Source: Octopus vulgaris (Eukaryota). Taken from it: 64,000 nucleotides of DNA. The translations under genes were made by a program, and so were the position numbers. Shown here in pieces: positions 1-10,553 of this stretch. The stretch lies in contig OX597817.1 of assembly GCA_951406725.2 (NCBI GenBank), positions 9,796,001-9,860,000 on the forward strand, written 5' to 3'. The notes beneath the pieces were generated by a model that saw only the letters and a list, made by a program, of their open reading frames with translations, was not told where the DNA came from and did not search any database. Each line of letters starts with the position of its first letter. Positions within the stretch are counted from its first letter, which is position 1.

Positions 1-1169
1 CCTAATGTTGTTTACCATTACACGTTGCTATAGTAACATTGATATAATTTGTAGTCATTATATATTGATATCTTGACGATGTACGTCAGTATAGCAATAT
101 CTCGGTGATGTTTAACATATGCACTATTTATTACTATTTAGGGACACTCACACCCTATTATTAGCATATATTCAAATATTAACTAGGATGAAGTCTCACA
201 TGACACGGTTACCTAACTACATATCTCTCACATTCTGTCTCATCATATCTATCTATCTATCTATCTATCGATCTATCGATCTATATACCAACCTACATAT
301 CTGTCTGTTTATCTGTCCATTTATCAATCTATCTGTTCGAGCAAAATATAATGATACACACGTATGTAAAACTTTGAAATAAAATCTAACTACTTGTTCA
401 AATAGATACATAATAATATTTTATGTCTTGTCAGGATACGATCGTGTTTTTACTAGAATGACAACCATAAAACTTTTGAGCGTGTGATGCCTCATTAGCA
501 GAACAAGAAAAGAGTTGTAAGAGGAGTTTACTGTTTATAGATATTACGATGTAAAACCAGTGATATAAGGAAACATAAAATAAAATAAAAACAAAATACG
601 CTTTTAATAGTCTTTACCATTTGCTTTTAATTGACTTTACAAAGAGTCCTTGAACCATTGAAATTAACATTAAAAATGTTATTTAAGATCTAGAGTTTAT
701 GATGTATTTCTTTAATATATATATTTGTTTTTATTTTCGAGTGTCTCTTCAGTTTTTATTTTATATTGCCTTATCATTAGATTATTGGTTTAAGCCCGAT
801 TTGTGTCCTTTTTTTTTATTTTACATTCACTGAACTCTTCAACCTGTTTTACAAGTTAAATATTTTCGTTATAATTGTGAGGTACTTATTTTTATAGGTA
901 GTATAAAAGCCAATTTCTCACAGTTGATTTTTAATTCAATTTTTATTGCTAACTTCAGTAATCCTGGCATTCATTTAAAACTCTTTTACACGTAAATTTG
1001 GATATAACAGTAAACATTATGTAGATTTATATTTAATACATTCTTGTGCACTTTGATTTTAGACCCCAAATCCTTTTGTCACTCTAGTTTACAGGAGTGT
1101 GTTGCTAATACAATGTACACCCCATTGTTTTAATCGTTGCTGCTCCGTATACTTATAATCATTTTTATA

Positions 1170-1360
1170 TAGGCACTAGGCATGAAATTTTGACGGAGGG
1201 AGCCTATACAATTACAACGACTCCAGTACTTATTTTATCGACCTTGAAAGGATGAAAAGCAAAGTCAACCTCAGCGAAATTTCAAATCGGAACGTAGGGC
1301 CAAAGGAAATACTCCTAAGCATTTCGTCCGGCATGCTAACGATTCAGCCAGCTCGCCGCC
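1170..1360 (-). mobile_element. tRNA-derived SINE, family A (Meta-domain-like core), diverged
   Basis: Matches the near-intact copy at 60755-60988 (ttatcgacc..gaaaggatgaaa.gcaaagtc.acctc.gcg.aattt; ends gccagctcgccgcc). Confidence 0.8.
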
Positions 1361-1502
1361 TTTCGTTTACTTATGATAATAAATAATTTGCAAAATCCAA
1401 TTGCAATTCTCATTGTTGTTTCGCTGATGATACAATATACTTTCAAAGTAAATAATTATATCACTTTAAGATATCTTAATTAGTTTAAGTAGCATTAATT
1501 AT

Positions 1503-1849
1503 TCTTTTACTCTTTTAATTGTTTCGGTCATTTGACTGTAGCCATGCTGGAGCACCGCTTTTAGTCGAGCAAATCGACCCCAGGACTTATTCTTTGTAAG
1601 CCTAGTACTTCATCCATCGGTTGTCAAACGACGGGGTGGGGGCAAACACAGACACACAAACGTATCCACATACATACATATACGTATAGATATATACGAC
1701 GGGCTTCTTTCAGTTTCCGTCTAACAAATCCACTCACAAGTCTTTGGTCGGTCCGAGGCTATAGCGAAAGACACTTTCCCAAGGTGCACGCAGTGGGACT
1801 GAACCTAGATCCACGTGGTTGGTAAGCAAGCTACTTACCACACAGCCAC
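1503..1849 (-). mobile_element. tRNA-derived SINE, family B (internal CA/TA microsatellite)
   Basis: Colinear with 3945-4364 and 56827-57241; the minus-strand head has A/B-box-like tggctgtgtggtaag...ggttcagtccc. Confidence 0.88.
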
Positions 1850-1889
1850 AAATTTTAAAGTGTGTTTAAACTTAGTATGTTAAATTTAA

Positions 1890-1985
1890 CGTCTTCTACC
1901 TCGGGCCGACCAAAGCTTTGTGAGTGGATTTCGTAGAAGGAAACTGAAGGAAGCTCATCACACACACACACACACAGACACACAG

Positions 1986-2061
<76 letters not shown>

Positions 2062-2200
2062 GTGTGTGTGCTTATGTTGTCACACTATTACCGCTTGGTA
2101 ACCGGTGTTGGTGTGTTTACATCCCCGTAACTAGTGGTTCGGCAAATGTTAGCGATAGAATAAGAACTAGAATTCAAGGCAGTGTTCCAGTGTGGCCCTG
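1890..2200 (+). mobile_element. SINE family B, 5'-truncated, with expanded (CA)n(TA)n
   Basis: cctcgggccgaccaaagc..gtgagtggattt..gaaactgaa and gtgtttacatccccgtaac..ggttcggcaaa match family B in plus orientation. Confidence 0.75.
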
Positions 2201-2779
2201 TGCTGGACTCTCGATAGTAAAATCACGTTTGACATTCATAGACCGAGTTTTATGTTTCATATTTTTGAGATAAACACTTCATTTCACGTTCCTACAGTCC
2301 ACTCAGTTGAAATTGAGCAACAGTAACAACTGAAGATTAATTCTGGACCGACTGGTATTCGTTCAGAGAGGAGCATCAGATACTCAGTCGTCTATATCAT
2401 GGAAAGTAAATATGCCAACTGAGCTTGAAAAATCGTGTCAGACCTGGCCTCGCGAGTTATACACCTATCATATCTCCATTCCCTTCTTTCTTTCTGTCTC
2501 TCTTTCTTTCTTCCTTTCTTATTCTTTCTTTCTTTATTTAATCCACAATAAATTCTTCCTTCGTGTTATTTTCCCGCAATGTTCTCCAGTTATTCGTTCT
2601 CCTCTTTACTTTATCCCACTTACTTCAACTTATGGCTCTTGTCCTCGACCATCCCATAAGGTCGATCGTGTGTGAGTCCCGTTCGCTCTATCAGTTTATT
2701 CAGTTTATTTTATCATTTCTCTCCATCATTTTGAAACCTCGAATTTCTCCTCCCACAATACGCACACACACATGCAAAC

Positions 2780-3031
2780 CTAAAATAGATATATATATAT
2801 ATGTGTGTGTGTGTGCGTGTGCGTATATACATGCATACATACATACACATACATACATATACATACATACATATACATATATATACATATACATATACAC
2901 ACACACACATATATATATACATATATATATTTATATACATATACATACAATATGAGATGTTTTGGTATCCAGGAGACCCAAAAGGTAAGGCTATGTAAGT
3001 GCTACGAAATATACATATATATACCGTCATG

Positions 3032-3072
<41 letters not shown>

Positions 3073-3204
3073 GTAATGTGTAATATATTAAATGCATGCA
3101 AACATACACGTACACAACATCTTATGTACATGAAACATCTCTATATCCTTTTATTTATAACTATAAATATATATGCATATGTAAGCATGCATCTACATCA
3201 ATAA

Positions 3205-3257
<53 letters not shown>

Positions 3258-3260
3258 CGA
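2780..3260. repeat. Compound (TA)n/(CATA)n/(TG)n microsatellite cluster
   Basis: Directly visible; explains the YIYI/HTHT ORFs. Confidence 0.95.
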
Positions 3261-3579
3261 GTGTGAGAAACAGTGTGTGCGTGTGAGTGTATGTAAGCGC
3301 GTATATATGTACGTGTATCTCTGATCACAAAAGGACTGTGGGAATCTTTCAGCCTCAAGCAAGTGTTCTTTCCACTTAATTAGCTGGACTAATTTTGCCT
3401 GATAACATATAACAGGTGCGAAAAGTAATGAATGTAACTTATAGCCTCCGACAATAAGTAGAACTGTCCAAGCACGATTCATGGATTAACGCGTGCAAGA
3501 TAATAAATCGAAGCGTATCTAAAGGGTTTTTAATGATAAACGAATATATTCAACATGGAGACCTTCTCCATCCCGCCTC

Positions 3580-3642
3580 CCTCTTTATCTCTTCTCTCTC
3601 TCCCTCTTCCCATCTCTCTCTCTCTCTGTCTCGTTCTCCCTC

Positions 3643-3685
<43 letters not shown>
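3580..3685. repeat. (TC)n microsatellite
   Basis: Directly visible. Confidence 0.95.
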
Positions 3686-3687
<2 letters not shown>

Positions 3688-3944
3688 TGTTCCGTCTTTT
3701 TGCACTCTCGCGTGCACTCTCACGCGTACACTTATGCATAGATGACTGTATATATATGAATATATACTTGTGAGTGTGTGCATATGACTGTTGAGCCAGC
3801 GCGCGTACTTTTATCGGTGGCTGTGTGTCTATTCGCTGGTTTTGTAAGAAATGGTGTAGTAAGAATGCAATTAAAATTTTGATTTAAAAATAATTACATA
3901 TTTCAATATATCACGTTATATACACACTCTCTTACTCTTATACT

Positions 3945-4364
3945 CTCTTACTCTTTTACTTGTTTCAGTCATTTGACTGCGGCCATGCTGGAGCACCGCC
4001 TTTAGTCGAGCAAATCGACCCCGGGACTTATTCTTTTGTAAGCCCAGTACTTATTCTATCGGTCTCTTTTGCCGAACCGCTAAGTGACGGGGACGTAAAC
4101 ACACCAGCATCGGTTGTCAAACAATGCTAGGGGGACAAACACAGACATACAAACACACATACATACACCATACACACACATATATATATATACATATATA
4201 CGACAGGCTTCTTTCAGTTTCCGTCTACCAAATCCACTCACAAGGCATTGGTCGGTCAGGGGCTATAGCAGAAGACACTTGCCCAATATGCAACGCAGTG
4301 GGACTGAACCCGGAACCATGTGGTTGTTTTGCAAGCTACTTACCACACAGCCACTCCTGCGCCT
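3945..4364 (-). mobile_element. SINE family B, full length
   Basis: Nearly identical to 56827-57241; minus-strand head aggcgcaggagtggctgtgtggtaag; tail of (aagagta)-like repeats. Confidence 0.92.
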
Positions 4365-4408
4365 ACACATTCATAAATATATATATTTGTGCGTGTGTGT
4401 GAATGAAA

Positions 4409-4712
4409 GCGTATGACGCAGTGGTTAGAACGTTGGGCTCACAATCATGAGGTAGTGAGAGCAATTCCCAAACCAGGCTGTGTGTTGTGTTCTTGAGCAA
4501 GACACTTTATTTCACGTTGCTCCAGTTCATTTAGCTGGAAAGATAAGCTGTGATGTCACTAGTGACAAGATGTATCGCCATCCATCTGCCTTTCACATTC
4601 GTAGCGTGGATAGAGGAGACTGGTGTGCATGGGTGACTGCTGGTCTTCCACAAGCAACCTTGCCCGGACTTGTGCAGCAGAGGGGAACTTTTTAGGTGCA
4701 ATCCCATGATCA
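4409..4712 (+). mobile_element. tRNA-derived SINE, family D
   Basis: tRNA-like head gcgtatgacgcagtggttagaacgttgggctc, then gtgttgtgttcttgagcaagacacttt, a typical SINE core segment. Confidence 0.7.
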
Positions 4713-4878
4713 TGTATGTATATATGTATATATATATGTATATATATATGTATATATCTGTATATATATATGTGTATATATATATGTATATATGTGTATA
4801 TATATATATGTATATATGTGTATATATATATGTATATATGTATGTATATATGTATGTATTTATATGTATATATATATA

Positions 4879-5563
4879 TGTGATGTTACTCCCCAATACA
4901 CTTTATCGGACATAACCTTTGGCGCTCATGATGTCTTAGCAGCAATAAAGGAAATGAAGCATAATTCAGCAGTAGGTCCCGATAGGTTCCCTGCTTGTGT
5001 CTTGAAGATGTGTCAAAACCAACTTGCACCCCCTCTAACCAATCTGTGGCGGAACTCACTGGATGCTGGATATATACCAGAAGACCTTCTATCCCAGTCT
5101 GTTGTCCCAGTTTTCAAAAAAGGAAACAAATCGCTTGCCGTGAATTACCGTCCAATCTCACTCACCTCTCATATCATTTAGGTATTTGAGAGAGTGCTGA
5201 GATCGTGTATGACTCACTTCCTTGAGAGTCATAATATGCTGAACTCCAACCAGCATGGATTCCGTAATGGAAGAGATTGCCTGACGCAGCTACTGCATCA
5301 TTTTGATGACATTTTGAGAGCCTTGGGAGATGGTTCCATCTACTTTGATTTCAGCAAGGCCTTTGACAGGGTTGATCATAAGATCCTTTTGAGAAAGCTG
5401 TCCAATATTGGTGTCACTGGAAAGCTGCTGCAGTGGATCAACTGCTTCCTGTCTAACAGAACCCAACATGTTGTAGTCGAAGGAGTCAAATCCAGCCCAG
5501 CCAAAGTCAGCAGTGGTGTCCCACAAGGCACTGTGTTGAGCCCACTTCTCTTCATCATCTACA
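4879..5563 (+). mobile_element. CR1/L2-like LINE ORF2 fragment (N-terminal half of RT), with an in-frame stop
   Basis: Translates as VVPVFKKG..NYRPISLTS, QHGFRNGRDC, DFSKAFDRVDH, SGVPQGTVLSPLLFIIYI; TAG at 5179-5181. Confidence 0.93.
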
Positions 5564-5749
5564 TAAAATTAAACATGTAAATTGAAACTTCGCCAAAACG
5601 GTCATTTTCACTTAAAGAATTATAAAATGTACATAAAGGCACCTAAATATTCCGAAACAGTTTATCACGCAAGTAACAACAATTTCCACGTGCTACCACG
5701 CGTATATAACATAAGTTGCGCCTGACAGCATGTTTAAACAAGTTTGTAT

Positions 5750-6182
5750 ATATATATAGTTAGTGATATATATGGATTTCATTCTATATATATATATATA
5801 TGATGTATTGAATATATGCTTCATCAATATATGTATATGTCTCATATATGTATATAAAAAAATATATAAAACTAAATGTTGCACTCACACTTGCACATAG
5901 AAATATACACATACACACATACATATATATACACATATATATATGTATGTGTGTGAGGCTGTGTGTATGTGTGTATAGTATGAAAGTGTATATGTAGTAT
6001 GTATGTGTGTATTTATATATGTATGTATATATATTTGGGCAAAATGATATGCACAGTAAGGATATCTTTTTCATCAAGATATGTAGACGAAAAATATTTC
6101 AAAAATAGTTGATATTCCCACCGGCGTACATATATGAGAATTCTATATTCACCTATATTACTAAGTATATGATTGAGCAGAC

Positions 6183-6215
<33 letters not shown>

Positions 6216-6277
6216 ATATATAAAGCGATATATATAGAAAAGAGAGACGTATATGTTGAGAGACGATAGTGAGAGAG

Positions 6278-6308
<31 letters not shown>

Positions 6309-6642
6309 CGTTAAAGGGAAGAGACATTGTTGAAAGATAGCTGAATATGTATATATATATATATATATATAAGTATGAAATATATATATATACATATATA
6401 TATGTATATATATATATTGTATATATCCTATACATATATATATATATAGTATATATGATATATATGTATATATATAAGAGTTTGGAGGTCGTAGGTGGCC
6501 GAGCGAGTAGAACATACGTTTCGGTATATATATTTGTATATATGTACATATATCATATCAAAGTATATAGTATTTCATTCATATGGAGCAATAAATATAT
6601 AGCACATGCAGCATATATGTATACATATATATAGTCACATGT

Positions 6643-6677
<35 letters not shown>

Positions 6678-7584
6678 ATAGTACATCGTATCTATATATA
6701 TATGTGTATATATCTTTGAGCTTGACTTCCACCACTGCTCGGTAACCGAGTTCGTTTTCTGTTCCGTTGAAGTATTTCATATATTTGTGTCCTTACGTGA
6801 TATGCAGTCCAGTGATATATACAAATATATATATACATATAATGGTACCAGTGATGAACTCGGGCTATATATATCTTTCCCTCCCGGATATCCATATATA
6901 TCGTTTGTATATCCCAGAATTCGAATATATACAATATATGGTTAGCGAGCATATCTGTATCATAGAAAGACTGTGATAGATATAGAACATATACAAGAAA
7001 GGACCGCTGTGTATATATACACATAGAATATATATATATATACACATACACATATATATATCCAATTCTCCACATAGTGATGTATGTGCTACAATGCTCA
7101 CGATATATATTTGGAACAAAGGACATGGCGTGGAAGTTAATGGATAAACATTAATTATACAGCATTAGAAATACGATAAGGATATTTAACAGTGCATGAA
7201 ATGTATGCTTCAACAGTTTATATTTGATTTACTCTGTGAGTATATGTGTATACATAACTATTGGTTAGATATATATTATTGCATTTACATATCATATATA
7301 TATATATATACATATGTATTCAGTAGTTTGAAATTTGGAATATATGTATATACTTATGCACACTGTCTGGTACTATCATGATAACATACTGTGTATATAT
7401 GTGTATAAATGCACACATACTCACATAAATATTTAAACATATACACGCACATATATAAACACACATATACACATAATTATTTACAACAAACACACATATA
7501 AACACACATATGTATATATATATATATATATATATAATATATTCAATATGTTTATATATACATATATTTATATATATGTCTCAA

Positions 7585-7622
<38 letters not shown>

Positions 7623-7641
7623 GTGTATGTATATATATATT

Positions 7642-7681
<40 letters not shown>

Positions 7682-8024
7682 ATGTGTGTGAGTGTATATA
7701 TATATATATATATATAACTGGTGTACGCATGATCATATACATATATACATTGCACATGTATGATATGTATGTATATATATACATATATATATCGTAAATA
7801 TGTATATATATATATATATATACATATATACACATGTATTGACACCATATATATACATATGTGCAAGACACACCCCATTAAGATCTGCAAACAATATCTA
7901 AGTGTCGAATCCTATGTATATATAGAAATATCTCTCATAAGGAATATATTAAAAGACATCAACACATATATATACATACATATATATGCTGAAATACTGT
8001 CATATGTATGTATACACCAACCTA
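5750..8024. repeat. Long (TA)n/(GA)n low-complexity tract with short unique islands
   Basis: Directly visible. Confidence 0.85.
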
Positions 8025-8443
8025 CTCAAAACCAACTTGCACCCCCTCTAGCCAATCTGTGGCGGAACTCATTGGATGCTGGATATATACCAGAAGACCT
8101 TCTATCCCAGTCTGTTGTCCCAGTTTTCAAAAAAGGAAACAAATCGCTTGCCGTGAATTACCGTCCAATCTCACTCACCTCTCATATCATCAAGGTATTT
8201 GAGAGGGTGCTGAGATCGCGTATGACTCACTTCCTTGAGAGTCATAATATGCTGAACCCCAACCAGCATGGATTCCGTAATGGGAGAGATTGCCTGACGC
8301 AGCTACTGCATCATTTTGATGACATTTTGAGAGCCTTGGGAGAGGGTTCCAACACTGATGTCATCTACCTTGATTTCAGCAAGGCCTTTGACAGGGTTGA
8401 TCATAAGATCCTTCTGAGAAAGCTGTCCAATATTGGTGTCACT
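8025..8443 (+). mobile_element. Second copy of the CR1-like RT fragment (duplicates ~5013-5419)
   Basis: Near-identical to the first copy, but keeps aacactgatgtc (NTDV), which is deleted there, and lacks its stop. Confidence 0.92.
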
Positions 8444-8624
8444 GTATATATATATGTGTATATATGTGTATATATATAGGTGTATATATATATATATATA
8501 TGTGTATATATGTATATATATATGTGTATATATGTATATTCACTGTGGCCATGCTGGAGCACCGTCTTTATTTGAGCAAATTGACCCCAGAACTTATTCT
8601 TTGTAAGCCTAGTACTTATTCTAT

Positions 8625-9554
8625 TGGGCGTGGATGACCGAATAAACCTTCTGTCAGACCTACTGGCTGTTGTCCAATGGGCGGAAAAGAATAACATGTT
8701 GCTAAATGAAGACAAATTTGAACTGATCCACTTTGGAAGGGAGGACGCTCTGAAACTCCCATACACTCTTCCTTCTGGAGAAATTCTCATGGCATCCAAC
8801 AACATCAGAGACCTGGGAGTAACAGTGGACAACAACATAAGCTGGGCTACACATATAAGCAGCAAAGTTGACATGGCCCGCAGAATGTCTTCCTGGATTC
8901 TCAGAACATTCTAGTCGAGAGATTCCCACGCTATTATCCTTCTCTTCTCCACTTTTGCCCGACCCCACCTTGAATACTGCTGTCCACTGTGGTCTCCCTA
9001 CACAAAACAAAATATTATGAGAATTGAAGCTCCCCAAAGGTCAATCACAAAAAAGATAGATGGCATGTCAGACCTTGACTACTGGGGTAGACTAGAGAAG
9101 CTGAAATTGTATTCACTCCAACGACGCCGTGAACGCTACATTATCTGTATGATGTGGAAAATATTCCACCAGCACTGTCCGAATGATGTTGGCATCACCT
9201 TCAAAATGCATCCAAGGCTTGGACCACGTGCCATCCGTCCACAACAAAAATCTAAATCGCATCACATAACAACAATACGGCACAACTATTTCACCTCAAT
9301 TGGACCTGCTCTCTTCAACATTACACCAGGGCACGTCAAAAAAGAAACTGACCACACAAAATTCAAGAAGTCTTTGGACAAATTCCTTCAAACAGTACCG
9401 GACAAACCACCCACACCCGGATATGTCTCCGCAAACAATAACTCTCTGCTCGAATGGGCCTTGGTGCCCAAATCCTGAACTGAAAGACTTCACCAGGTGG
9501 TGCTATTAAGTTAGACATGGCCAGGGCCAATACTGGCCAAAACCTTTCTAAGTT
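8625..9554 (+). mobile_element. CR1-like LINE, ORF2 C-terminus and 3' end
   Basis: W..NNMLLNEDKF, IRDLGVTVD, RPHLEYCCPLWSP, YWGRLEKLKLYSLQRRRER; stop at 9476-9478; short 3' UTR ending ctaagtt. Confidence 0.92.
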
Positions 9555-9751
9555 ATATATGTACATATGCGTATATATGTATATATATGTATGTACAGAT
9601 GCGTATATATGTATATATATGTATGTACATATGCGTATATATGTATATATATATATATGTACATATGCGTATATATGTATATATATATGTGTACATATGC
9701 GTATATATGTATATATATATGTATTTATATGTATATATATGTATATATATA

Positions 9752-10040
9752 TAAGTTCACTTCAATTGGACCCTCTCTCTTCAACATCACACCAGCACAC
9801 GTCAAAACAGAAACTGACCACACAAAATTCAAGAAGTCTTTGGACAAATTCCTTCAAACAGTTCCGGACAAACCACTCACACCCGGATATGTCTCAGCAA
9901 ACAATAACTCTCTGCTCGAATCGGCCTTGGTGCCCAAATCCTGAATTGAAAGACTTCGCCAGGTGGTGCTATTAAGTTAGACATGGCCTGGGCCAATACT
10001 GGCCAAAACCTTTCTAAGTTAAGTTATTCTAAGCTAAGTT
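9752..10040 (+). mobile_element. Duplicate of the last ~270 bp of the CR1-like LINE, with (TAAGT)-like tail
   Basis: Near-identical to ~9290-9554, followed by taagttaagttattctaagctaagtt. Confidence 0.9.
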
Positions 10041-10086
10041 ATATATGTGTATATATGTATATATATATGTGTGTGTGTATATATGT

Positions 10087-10553
10087 TACCCAAAAATTTT
10101 CCGAAAATTTTCTGAAAAAATTTTTCAAAAATTTTCGATAATTTTCGTCGAAAATTTTCCCCAAAAATTTTTCGAAAATTTTCACCGAAAATTTTCTCTA
10201 AAAATTTTTCGAAAATTTTACACAAATTTTAACAGAAAATTTTCAACGAAAGTTTTACCCACAAGATTTTTCGAAAGTTTTCACCAACAATTTTTCGAAA
10301 ATTATAGCCAAAAATTTTTCGAAATTTTTCACCCAAAATTTTTCGAAAATTTTAACCTAAAATTTTACCTAAAAATTTTTCGAAAATTTTCACCCAAAAT
10401 TTAACACAAAAATTTTCGAAAATTTTCACCAAAAAGTTTTCGAAAATTTTCCCCAAAAATTTTTAGAAAATTTTCAACGAAAATTTTACCCAAAAATTTT
10501 TCGAAAATTTTCACCGAAAATTTTCACCAAAAATTTTTCGTAAATTTTCACCG
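10087..10553. repeat. Satellite A (A4-5T4-5 blocks separated by cg/caccg/accc), left block
   Basis: Units such as aaaattttcg, aaaattttcaccg and aaaattttaccc. Confidence 0.95.

Noticed and set aside
1920-8479. YIYI/HTHT/CVCV ORFs here and throughout the window
   Set aside because: Dinucleotide microsatellite translations.
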